Positions 19,801 to 27,581 of a stretch of DNA of 64,000 bases are shown here, piece by piece. Each line of letters begins with the position of its first letter. Position 1 is the stretch's first letter. The notes under the pieces are model-generated. The model saw only the letters and a list, made by a program, of their open reading frames with translations. It was not told where the DNA came from and ran no database searches. Origin of the DNA: Candidatus Latescibacterota bacterium. GTDB taxonomy: Bacteria; Latescibacterota; UBA2968; GCA-2709665. The DNA lies in the NCBI GenBank assembly GCA_965208835.1, contig OZ242358.1, positions 3,392,001 through 3,456,000 of the forward strand, given 5' to 3'. Made by a program: the position numbers and the translations under genes.

Positions 19801-19858
19801 TCATGTTCATTTTGTCTACATTGTAGACAAAATCGATGAAGCGTTTCGGCTCATTCAT
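16805..19858 (-). CDS. membrane-anchored octaheme cytochrome c
   Basis: Eight CxxCH motifs (CTTCH x2, CAQCH, CAGCH, CKACH, CFGCH, CKGCH, CFTCH), N-terminal TM helix, long coiled coil. Confidence 0.9.
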   Translation of the reverse strand: MNEPKRFIDFVYNVDKMNMIFALSSVVLVLSVIWMVWDDYDREWKGFQKEAMALEAFKTEAEIELAKQNVDQGALKAIEDELAGIEASIRAHQERVGAATTELKRLTQAEWYSADQRLKFEKAMYDVAKFEYEDAAKAGHDETAAEKKAEMKAMEARMYEFRLTREAVEEKQKAQQKIIDEVAGQRQALESRRRALHKDEDNLRRKLTGLVPSFPNVFRNLPMVDFIDPSIKVRQVVLADLRNELNFTRVPRVDRCTTCHVNIDRPGYELDPETGWFKDETLKTYMETVYAEDDVRLGRTRTFATHPRLDLFLSSGSPHPLSESGCTTCHLGRDRGVTFKNTAHTPSDDVEAARWKKLYGWKKMKYWDHPMLPGRYVEASCAQCHAGVVDVPEADRLNRGLHLVRTLGCAGCHKIAKHTLQDQRKVGPDLRKAAGKLDRNWAIKWVRDPKGFRPTTKMPKIFDLANVSGPEDIARNTAAVNAVVSYIFEKSERPEYPSPPVQGDAGRGERLVEMVGCKACHVVGADDRLGQEYGLRNFGPNLNDVGSKLSEGWLYAWLKDPTAYFPDTRMPNLRLTDREAADISAYLLTLRNTEFEARQVAAVDAQVRDDLVLNYLRSRLPVKTAKLQLAEMSSHERDIWLGEKIISRQGCFGCHLIPGFEDTQPIGTELTEQGSKDVDKLDFGLLARKPGAYNTDPDAIPYTRHDWLFKKLKQPRVFDKGKVRQFDDKLRMPQFGLSDADAHALTTALLSLNRSQVGTDAVKRLEPDEVDIEKGRWLVYDRNCKGCHVVENQGGAIRDPLVKAYGAEEVSASDAEGYVPPSLNGEGRKVQPDWFFAFLKNVEPIRPWLETRMPTFGFEDQHAIDLVTYFSRLDKEQFPYATFVHKRLNSKEMIGARKLFSQDIYNCFTCHQQGDIKPTGDPASWAPDLKLGRERLKQAWIRDWLWDPQKLQPGTKMPTFFGEEMTYLPEEMAAYLKLPEGVKPEDGFLVLPTDVVIEALTDYIIHGLHQDSRLTRR

Positions 19859-19960
19859 CGAACGGCTCCGGGGCGGTGGCGTACACCCTGAGTGCCGCCA
19901 CCAGCCCAATCAGATATACCACGGAATGTTGCGGCGGCGCCGGAAACCAAACGAGAACCC

Positions 19961-21037
19961 TCAGATATTGAAGAAATACTCCGGTATGGCGACAATGTAC
20001 TTCAGGTTGAACAGCCAGCGAAGCAGCATCTTGATGGGGAGGGCAACCATACAGAGGAAGAAGAATATCATCACGCTGTAGCGTGCGAATCCCATCGTCT
20101 TGTAGAATTCCTTGAACACGGTCTGCGCAAGTAAGGGCGGCGGCACCAGAAAATACAGGATGACCACCAGAAAACCCCATATCTCGCGCGTCAACCAGAA
20201 CGATGGCAAACCCGTTCCAAGCCACTGGACGTAGATGTACTCCGACATATTGACGTTGACAAGGGCTTCCAGTTTGTGCACGTCCCAGAATTCGTAGGGT
20301 CCGAAGAAGTTCCAGTTCGGGCCGCGCAGAAACGTGCCAATCATGATCAGCAGCACCCACAGCACCACAAAACCGAATAGAAATACCGTAATGGCGAACC
20401 GGCGTTCCTTGAACGTGTAATAGCCCAGCCCCTTGGGATTCCGGTCGATATACGGAATGGCCATGAGCCCCACGATGACAAGTGTGGGAAGGACAACCCC
20501 GGCGATCCATGGATCGTAATACACCAGCATTTCCTGCAGCCCCAGGAAATACCAGGGCGCCTTGGAAGGATTGGGTGTTTTCGCCGGGTTGGCCGGCTCC
20601 TCGATGGGCGCCTTGATGAGCACGGACCAGAGAACCAGGAACACAGTAGCCAGGGTCAGGCAGATCAGCTCCGTGTAGACCAGATGCGGCCAGGTGAGGA
20701 CCTTTTCCTTGAATTCGGCTTTCTCTACCGGACCTTCTCCCCTCGCGATGCGATCGTCGTTATCGTACCCCTGTTTCAGACTGTACCAGACAAAGAAACC
20801 CACCAGAAACAGCAGCATGACAATGGGTATATTGTCTCCCTTTGTCACAATGATGCGGAAATTCTCGTCCTGAAAACTTACAAGGAAAAACACAATGGAG
20901 ATGATCAGGGCGGGGAGGCCGAACCGGACCGTCCAGACCCAGCGGGTCCGCAAGGCCAGGAAAAAAAGCACGGCAAACAACGGCAGGAAATATTCAGGCG
21001 TGAGAAGCCAGTTAACGAAGCCTTTCAGAACGTCCAT
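19961..21037 (-). CDS. cytochrome b C-terminal / subunit IV-like protein with extra TM helices
   Basis: TWPHLV, EEPANPAKTPNPSKAPWYFLGLQE (Qo loop), IPYIDRNP. Confidence 0.85.
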   Translation of the reverse strand: MDVLKGFVNWLLTPEYFLPLFAVLFFLALRTRWVWTVRFGLPALIISIVFFLVSFQDENFRIIVTKGDNIPIVMLLFLVGFFVWYSLKQGYDNDDRIARGEGPVEKAEFKEKVLTWPHLVYTELICLTLATVFLVLWSVLIKAPIEEPANPAKTPNPSKAPWYFLGLQEMLVYYDPWIAGVVLPTLVIVGLMAIPYIDRNPKGLGYYTFKERRFAITVFLFGFVVLWVLLIMIGTFLRGPNWNFFGPYEFWDVHKLEALVNVNMSEYIYVQWLGTGLPSFWLTREIWGFLVVILYFLVPPPLLAQTVFKEFYKTMGFARYSVMIFFFLCMVALPIKMLLRWLFNLKYIVAIPEYFFNI

Positions 21038-21082
21038 CGTCTACCTCGAAGATTCCCCGTTTCTGCCACACCGGGGACGTTA

Positions 21083-21868
21083 CTACATCGGGCCGGAAAT
21101 CCCTCCGTCTTTTCGGACCCGCCAGAAGTGGACAGCCATAAGGACAGCCGCAACGAACGGGATGAAGAGACAATGCAGGACATAGAACCTCAGAAGCGCG
21201 CCTTCCCCGACGAACCGACCCCCAAGCAACGCGAAACGGGCATCGTCGCCGGCGTGGACCAGATTGATATCACCAAGCATCAGGAACGCCGCCCCCGGAC
21301 CTTCATGCCCGAGAAACGGGGTTGCCCGCGCCATATTCGCCCCTACGGTTATCGCCCAGATGGCAAGCTGGTCCCAGGGCAACAGATACCCGGTAAAACT
21401 CAAGAGCAGCGTCAGCAGCAACAGAATGACGCCGATCGCCCAGTTGAATTCCCGGGGAGGCTTGTATGATCCCGTCATAAACACGCGCAACATATGCAGC
21501 CAGACCGTAATGATCATCGCGTGGGCGCCCCAGCGATGGATCTCCCGCATGATTCCCAACGGCACCTGCTCGCCCAGGTCGATGATGTCGGTATAGGCGT
21601 ATTCGAGCGTGGGCCGGTAGTAGAACATGAGCAGAATGCCCGTTATGGTCTCGATCAGAAAAATAAAAAAGGTGAGCCCACCCATACACCACGTGTAGCG
21701 CACCCGGATTCCTGATTTCGGGGTCCGAACGGGATGCAGATGCAGGAATACGTTCGTCAACACCACCTGCGCCCGGCCGCGTTCGTCTCTCGGTACGTCG
21801 TGCCGGAAGACGGACTTCCATATTTGAGAGCGTTTTGTCCGGTCCAGGAGGCCGGAAAATTTCGGCAT
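21083..21868 (-). CDS. cytochrome b6-type N-terminal subunit
   Basis: [40 protein letters not shown]-x14-H. Confidence 0.93.
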   Translation of the reverse strand: MPKFSGLLDRTKRSQIWKSVFRHDVPRDERGRAQVVLTNVFLHLHPVRTPKSGIRVRYTWCMGGLTFFIFLIETITGILLMFYYRPTLEYAYTDIIDLGEQVPLGIMREIHRWGAHAMIITVWLHMLRVFMTGSYKPPREFNWAIGVILLLLTLLLSFTGYLLPWDQLAIWAITVGANMARATPFLGHEGPGAAFLMLGDINLVHAGDDARFALLGGRFVGEGALLRFYVLHCLFIPFVAAVLMAVHFWRVRKDGGISGPM

Positions 21869-21895
21869 ACCGTGTTCTCCCGATTATACCGCTAT

Positions 21896-22055
21896 CAGTC
21901 CGTTGATAAAGTCGCTCTGCAGGCGAGGCCGAGCCATTGTGGGCGAAGACAAGGCGCGCAACCGAGTCCCATCGAGCGATTCGGCGAGGGAGCGCAACGC
22001 AGTTTTTCGACCGCAAGGGCCGGCCGCAGCCCGGATGGACTTTTTTAACGGGCTG
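21896..22055. mobile_element. MITE family A copy (160 bp)
   Basis: TIRs CAGTCCGTTGATAAAGTC / GACTTTTTTAACGGGCTG; body shared with copies at 24301 and 27582. Confidence 0.8.
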
Positions 22056-22151
22056 CTATGCTGAAACTGACAAGAAAACCGCGTAAAGGAGGCTTCAGAA
22101 GTGTACCTGCACCCCCGCGAAAACCGCGGAGGTGACTTTTCGACAGCTTGT

Positions 22152-23102
22152 TCAGATACGCAAAAAGGACTCCGGGTTGTCCCAATGCCCTTTTTCATAC
22201 TGGAATTTCCGTGTTTTGTCGACCAGTACCTGGCCGTCCTCGGCAAGTACGATGCGCGCCCTTTCCAGCGGACGCGGGGCCGGACCCTCGAAATTGATGC
22301 CCGTCATATAAAAACCGCTGCCGTGACAGGGACACTTGAATTTCTGTTCGTTTCCAAGCCAGTTGGGCGTACAACCCAGATGCGTGCAAACCGAAATGAG
22401 CGCGAACATATCCTGCGTGGTTTTTACAATCCAGACGCTGAACTTGTCTTTCCAGCGTTCATCCACACCCAGGTCGTAGTCATCCGCGAACCCGATCTTG
22501 AATGACTGGGGCGGCTCGAACAGCACATTCGGGAACAGGAAGCGTGCGAAACCCAGAAGTCCCGCGGTCGAAGCGACCGCAAATGACGCCCACGCCAGGG
22601 TCAGCCACGTAAAAAATCCGCGGCGGGTGGTCATGCCACCTTCGGCCACGGACTGTGTTCTCTCCGGCCCGGGGCGAATCGCGGGCGGGGCGGGCGACGT
22701 CTGCACGATCACGCGTTCCGCAGCCGGCTCGTCGGTTTTCTGCGTTAACGCGCGGGCGGCCGCGGCCCTGTCCGCGGTGGTCGCTGCTTTTTTGGCAGGC
22801 GCGCCTGCCGGCGCGGCCTTGCCGCCACCACGGGCCTTGCGTATCAACTCCGCCTTGGCCTTCGCGCGGGCAACGCGATCCTGGATATCGTCAAGCGACG
22901 AAAGATCCACCTCGGCGGCTTCGGTATCGCCACCGGAATCGTCGGCGGCCTGCGCGGACGCTCCCTCCGCCGGCTCTGCCACGGACTCATCGCCCGCGGC
23001 GGCCTCCCGGGCCTTGCGAATCGCTTCCGCTTTCGCCTTGGCCCTGGCCACCCGATCCGGAATTTCGTCGAATTCCGACAGATCGATTTTGTCTTCCGAC
23101 AT
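22152..23102 (-). CDS. Rieske 2Fe-2S subunit with long repeated N-terminal extension
   Basis: CTHLGC and CPCHGS; internal Tat anchor TRRGFF near aa 158; GPAPRPL. Confidence 0.93.
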   Translation of the reverse strand: MSEDKIDLSEFDEIPDRVARAKAKAEAIRKAREAAAGDESVAEPAEGASAQAADDSGGDTEAAEVDLSSLDDIQDRVARAKAKAELIRKARGGGKAAPAGAPAKKAATTADRAAAARALTQKTDEPAAERVIVQTSPAPPAIRPGPERTQSVAEGGMTTRRGFFTWLTLAWASFAVASTAGLLGFARFLFPNVLFEPPQSFKIGFADDYDLGVDERWKDKFSVWIVKTTQDMFALISVCTHLGCTPNWLGNEQKFKCPCHGSGFYMTGINFEGPAPRPLERARIVLAEDGQVLVDKTRKFQYEKGHWDNPESFLRI

Positions 23103-23225
23103 GTTATCCCCCGGAAACCTGCCGAGCGGTTTTCGAGCGGAAACACTTCAGGGCTTGGTTATACGTGATATAAGACAGGGAAATACTGGAAATTGAATCA
23201 CTTACAGCGCAAAATACACCGGCCA

Positions 23226-23254
23226 AATATATCGAAATCATCCCGAATTGTCAA
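23226..23254 (-). promoter_or_regulatory. sigma70-type promoter upstream of the Rieske operon
   Basis: TTGACA-17 nt-TATATT on the minus strand. Confidence 0.65.
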
Positions 23255-23361
23255 GCGGGATTTTCCGTAGATACGGACCTCCCGGGGACGTAGAAAAAGG
23301 GACCCGACAGGCACTCATAAAGGGCCGGATCCCCCGCTGCAATACCGTCTGTTCGCGCTGT

Positions 23362-24270
23362 TCATTTCTTCCCCCATACATTCAGAATTTCTATGGCGGC
23401 CTGCCGGACACGCAGGTCCGAATCCTGTTCGCGCAGGCGCTGCAGCGCGGGGGTCAGGGACCTGGCGTTGAGCATGCCCACGGCCCTGATCGCCTCGACA
23501 AGGATATTGCGACGGCCCTCGCCACTTATCCGATCGAACCCTTCCAGGTATCCCGGGCTCAACATCTCCTCCAGCACCTCCAGGCCCGCATTATTTCCCG
23601 CGACGGCCAACTGCAGGGCGGCATTCCAGCGAACGTCGGGCGCGCGGTCGTGAAGCGCCTGTTCCAGCGCCGGCGGAACGAGAGGGTCGTCCAATCCCCC
23701 CAGAGCGTATACCGCGGCCTTGCGCAATCCCGCGTCGTCGTTCGATGCGATTCTGATCAGGTGCGGCACGGCGACCGGGTCTCCCTGCGCCCTCAGCGAA
23801 AACATCGCGTTGATCCGGGTTTCGTCGTCAGGGTCTTCCAATGCGGCGATCAGAACGCCGACGAGTTCGGAATCCTGTACCCTTCCCATGGCCGCGGCCA
23901 GAAAACGCCTGACTCGGGGGTCGTCCGACCGGGAAGCCTCGAACACCCGGATCAACTTTCCGACAAACCTGCGGCCGATCCGACCTTCGCGCTGCTCCTG
24001 GTCCAGGACGGTGGCCAGTTCGTACGCGGCCTGCCACCGGCTGTTGATTCCGCCCACCCGAATTGTATTGAGATAGTCTTCCGCCGTCTTTCGCTCGACC
24101 GTCAACAGCCCCAGTCCCAGGTATATTGCAAGCCCGACCAGAATGATCGCCACGGGAAAAATGACGAACTGCGAGACCAGTCTCGCCCTGGAGACGTCCG
24201 CGTCCGAAACCGGAGCGGTGGCGTCTTCGGCGATTTTTCTGAGTTCCTCTTCGGGAGTCTGCTGGTCCAT
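23362..24270 (-). CDS. membrane-anchored HEAT/PBS-lyase-like repeat protein
   Basis: One TM helix, then repeats such as ALEDPDDETRINAMFSL and ALHDRAPDVRWNAALQL. Confidence 0.85.
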   Translation of the reverse strand: MDQQTPEEELRKIAEDATAPVSDADVSRARLVSQFVIFPVAIILVGLAIYLGLGLLTVERKTAEDYLNTIRVGGINSRWQAAYELATVLDQEQREGRIGRRFVGKLIRVFEASRSDDPRVRRFLAAAMGRVQDSELVGVLIAALEDPDDETRINAMFSLRAQGDPVAVPHLIRIASNDDAGLRKAAVYALGGLDDPLVPPALEQALHDRAPDVRWNAALQLAVAGNNAGLEVLEEMLSPGYLEGFDRISGEGRRNILVEAIRAVGMLNARSLTPALQRLREQDSDLRVRQAAIEILNVWGKK

Positions 24271-24300
24271 ACGACAACCCCTGTCCAAAAAACACCTTAA

Positions 24301-24624
24301 CAGTCCGTTGATAAAGTCGCTCTGCAGGCGAGGCACGGTGTCCCGTCCCGGAAATATGTCACCATTCATCCGCCGATTCATCCCGTCTGGTGGCGTTGCC
24401 TTCGCTCGGCGACCACGGACAGGTCTCCTTGCTCAGGCGCCTTGCCAGCCGGGTGACTCGGCGGTCGAATTTCGGCAATCTATTTCCGGGTCGGAACACT
24501 TGCCATTGTGGCCGAAGACAAGGCGCGCAACCGAGTCCCATCCTGCGATTCGGCGAGGGCGCGCAACGCCGTATTTCGACCGCAAGGGCCGGCCGCAGCC
24601 CGGATGGACTTTTTCAACGGGCTG
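24301..24624. mobile_element. MITE family A copy carrying a nested element
   Basis: Same TIRs and body as 21896..22055 with an insert at 24338..24499. Confidence 0.8.
24338..24499. mobile_element. nested MITE family C (162 bp)
   Basis: TIRs GTGTCCCGTCCCGGAAATA / TATTTCCGGGTCGGAACAC (17 of 19 complementary). Confidence 0.7.
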
Positions 24625-24654
24625 TCAGAGCCGACGCGCAAGTACACAGGGTCC

Positions 24655-24684
24655 AATATAACCAGAGGCCACACACGCTGTCAA
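24655..24684 (-). promoter_or_regulatory. sigma70-type promoter for the HEAT gene
   Basis: TTGACA-18 nt-TATATT on the minus strand. Confidence 0.55.
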
Positions 24685-24735
24685 GATCGGTGTCATGACC
24701 CGCGAATTCCTGACCATTCAACCGCCGATTCACCC

Positions 24736-24764
24736 TTGACAACCCTGGTGAAAGACCTTATTTT
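24736..24764 (+). promoter_or_regulatory. sigma70-type promoter for the ferredoxin-domain gene (divergent)
   Basis: TTGACA-17 nt-TATTTT. Confidence 0.55.
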
Positions 24765-24822
24765 AGCCTTGGATGGCATGACTCACGCAGGCAGGCACAT
24801 TCTAACCGGAGATTACGACTCA

Positions 24823-25557
24823 GTGAACGTAGACCTTACCCAGTTTGACAACATCTCCGACCGGGTGGCTCGCGCCAGGGCCAAAGCCGACGCCGTGCGG
24901 AAAGCCAAAGAGGGCGCCGGCGACGCCGCGGAAGCCGCGTCCGACGCAGCCAAAGCCGCACCGGAAGCCGCGACCGCCGTCGCGGAAGTCGAAAGCGAAC
25001 CTGCCGGCCTTGCCATTCTCGAATTCAGGCCCGGCATGCATTTCAAACTGAACGGGCGTGCCGGACGGACCGTGGGTATCCGCTACGACCTGGTCAGCTT
25101 CGTTTACGATGACGACCCCGACCAGCTCATTACCGCGGACCGGTACCGCCTCAGCCACGCGCACGCGGAGGGCACGCTGGAATTCGCCCCGAAGTCAGAA
25201 GTCTACCGTCCGGAGCGAGTCTCCAGGAAAGAACGCGTCGACTATCACGAACACCTCTGGCTTGAATCCCGCTCCGGCATGACGGCCAAGAAGAAGCGGC
25301 CGCGGCATATCGCCATTATCAACCCGGACTATTGCACAGGCTGCAACGCCTGCATCGAAGTTTGTCCAACGGACTGTATCGAGGAAGTTGACGTGGCCGA
25401 CGCCGGCCTGGACGGCATCGGCACGTTCTGCGAAGTCCGGCTGGAAGACTGTATCGGATGCATCCAGTGCGTACATATCTGCCCGTGGGAAGCCATCGAA
25501 ATGGTGGGCACCCAGCAGGTTGAAGAGGCGTACGGCATCCCCGTGGGGACATTGTAG
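24823..25557 (+). CDS. 2x[4Fe-4S] dicluster protein with N-terminal motif shared with the Rieske protein
   Basis: CTGCNACIEVCP and CIGCIQCVHICP; GTG start at 24823 after GGAG. The longer ORF start lies inside a MITE, upstream of the promoter. Confidence 0.85.
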   Translation: MNVDLTQFDNISDRVARARAKADAVRKAKEGAGDAAEAASDAAKAAPEAATAVAEVESEPAGLAILEFRPGMHFKLNGRAGRTVGIRYDLVSFVYDDDPDQLITADRYRLSHAHAEGTLEFAPKSEVYRPERVSRKERVDYHEHLWLESRSGMTAKKKRPRHIAIINPDYCTGCNACIEVCPTDCIEEVDVADAGLDGIGTFCEVRLEDCIGCIQCVHICPWEAIEMVGTQQVEEAYGIPVGTL

Positions 25558-25583
25558 ACCGTCATTTACCATCTGTCAAAGGG

Positions 25584-25620
25584 AAGAGCGCCAACCCGAT
25601 CCGGTTGACGCTCTTTTTTT
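25584..25620 (+). terminator. intrinsic terminator
   Basis: AAGAGCGCCAACC-loop-GGTTGACGCTC followed by a T7 tract. Confidence 0.75.
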
Positions 25621-25648
25621 GTTTCAGCCACCAGACTGCGCTTTTCCG

Positions 25649-26617
25649 TCAGCAGCAACCGGATGAGAGCAGTTCCCGGACACGGCGCATGTCCTCAGGC
25701 GGTTCCGCGTGGAACTCGAGCGCTTTGCCCGTGACCGGATGCACGAATCCGAGGGATCCGGCGTGCAACATCTGCCGGTTCGCCAGATTCAGGGCCGCCC
25801 CGGCCGCAATCCGGAGGGTCGGCGAGATGCCTCGAATTCGTTTCGCACCCCCTCCGTAGGTGGAATCACCAAGAATCGGATGGCCGATGTGGGCGAGATG
25901 GACGCGAATCTGATGGGTTCGCCCTGTCTCCAGGCTCAATTCCAGCGTCGACGCGAATCCATTGAATGCTTTTACCTCGTACCGGGTGGCGGCAAAACGC
26001 CCTCCGGTGTCCACGACGGCCATGCGCCGGCGGTCTCCAGGACTCCGGCCGATGGCCGCCTCGATGCGACCGTGTTGCGACTGTGGCTGACCCCATGCGA
26101 AGCCGGTATAACGCCTCATCGCCGTGCGCGCCTCCAGTTGCGCCGCAAGCCCCCGATGAGCCGCGTCGTCCTTGGCCACCATGAGCAGGCCCGATGTCTC
26201 TCTGTCCAGCCGGTGTACAATTCCCGGACGAAGTACGCCGTTGATCCCGGAGAGACCGTCGCAATGGGCAAGGAGACCGTTTACCAGCGTGCCCGATCGC
26301 ATCCGGCCCGTGGGGTGTACAACCAGGCCCGCCGGCTTGTTCACGACAAGAAGATGCCCGTCTTCAAAAAAAACGTCCAGAGGAATGTCCTCTGGATCGA
26401 GTCCGGCGGGTTCGGGGTCCGGCAGACGAACCACGATCTCTTCGCCGTCCGAAACCCTGTAGCTGGATCGAACCCGTTCGCCCCTTGCAAGTACTTCCCC
26501 GGAGGCGATCAACGCCTGGATTCTGGACCGGGAGAGCGGTTCGCAGACGGCCGCCAGCATCCGGTCGAGTCGACAGCCCGCGTGTTCCGGAAGGACGGTG
26601 ACTTCAAACTGCCTCAT
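25649..26617 (-). CDS. rluD: RluA-family 23S rRNA pseudouridine synthase
   Basis: S4 domain, NKPAGLVVHP, HRLDRETSG, GRTHQIRVH. Confidence 0.92.
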   Translation of the reverse strand: MRQFEVTVLPEHAGCRLDRMLAAVCEPLSRSRIQALIASGEVLARGERVRSSYRVSDGEEIVVRLPDPEPAGLDPEDIPLDVFFEDGHLLVVNKPAGLVVHPTGRMRSGTLVNGLLAHCDGLSGINGVLRPGIVHRLDRETSGLLMVAKDDAAHRGLAAQLEARTAMRRYTGFAWGQPQSQHGRIEAAIGRSPGDRRRMAVVDTGGRFAATRYEVKAFNGFASTLELSLETGRTHQIRVHLAHIGHPILGDSTYGGGAKRIRGISPTLRIAAGAALNLANRQMLHAGSLGFVHPVTGKALEFHAEPPEDMRRVRELLSSGCC

Positions 26618-27068
26618 CCTTTCCGCCCTTGAGTAAGCCACAACCCAGTATCAACAGCCCGGCGCCAAACGTGACGGAAGCGTCGGCGACGTTGAACACC
26701 CACCACCGAACGGACCCGAGTCCGAAATCCAGAAAATCGACCACAGCGCCGAATCGGATCCGGTCGATGACGTTGCCGACAGCCCCGCCCAGCACAAGCG
26801 CCAGACCTGCCGAAGCCACCCGCTGGCCGGGCGGCAGACGGAGCCACATCACCGCCACGATAATCAATGCCGCCCCGGCGAACACGAGGTGTGCGACATT
26901 TCCCCCCAGCCTCAATCCGAACACGGCGCCGGGGTTCTGTATATAGGTCAACCTGAAGAATGAGCCCAGTACGGGAATCGAGTCTCCGAGGACCATCGAT
27001 TCCATCACCATCCGCTTCGACACCTGGTCCAGAACGAGGACGACACCCGATATCCAGAGGCTCCGCAC
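26604..27068 (-). CDS. lspA: lipoprotein signal peptidase II
   Basis: LDQVSK, NPGAVFG, GNVIDR, VVDF, FNVAD. Confidence 0.95.
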   Translation of the reverse strand: MRSLWISGVVLVLDQVSKRMVMESMVLGDSIPVLGSFFRLTYIQNPGAVFGLRLGGNVAHLVFAGAALIIVAVMWLRLPPGQRVASAGLALVLGGAVGNVIDRIRFGAVVDFLDFGLGSVRWWVFNVADASVTFGAGLLILGCGLLKGGKDEAV

Positions 27069-27128
27069 AACGGCCTCCCCTGGCGACGGACCGATTGAGC
27101 CCGTTCACCCGGAAATGCAGCAAGTGAA

Positions 27129-27512
27129 TTATTTGGCGCGAACACCCCGCCGCTGTTCGCCTTCTTTGCAGGGCACGCACAACCTGGTTGTGGGAACGGC
27201 TTCCAGACGCGCTTTCGGGATCGGCTTTTCGCAGATCCTGCATGCTCCAAACGTCCCGCGCTTTATGCGCTCGAGCGCGTCCTCCAACTGTGCCAGATAC
27301 GCGCCGTCCCGGGAAGCGAAGAGGAACGCCTTCTCCCGCTCGATCGAATCGCTGCCCAGTTCCGGCATGTGATCCGAGTAAATCTGCCCGCCCGATGCCT
27401 CTTCGGAGGTTGCATGCATGGATCGCTGCTCGAGCATCCCCAGATCCTGAACGATGGACAACCGCTTTCTTTCCAGGATCTCCTGGAAGTATTTCAGATC
27501 TTTCTCGTTCAT
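27129..27512 (-). CDS. TraR/DksA C4 zinc-finger protein
   Basis: ALERIKRGTFGACRICEKPIPKARLEAVPTTRLCVPC. Confidence 0.9.
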   Translation of the reverse strand: MNEKDLKYFQEILERKRLSIVQDLGMLEQRSMHATSEEASGGQIYSDHMPELGSDSIEREKAFLFASRDGAYLAQLEDALERIKRGTFGACRICEKPIPKARLEAVPTTRLCVPCKEGEQRRGVRAK

Positions 27513-27581
27513 CGTCCTCTCCGCCTGTCTATTCAAAACGCGCGCACGAGCCGGACGCCGCCGCCCTCTTGCGTGCGTTAG

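Noticed and set aside
24508-24822. N-terminal extensions of the ferredoxin, HEAT and DksA ORFs sharing F(F/I)NGL-type peptides
   Set aside because: Read-through of MITE family A sequence upstream of the real RBS and start codons; not a protein motif.
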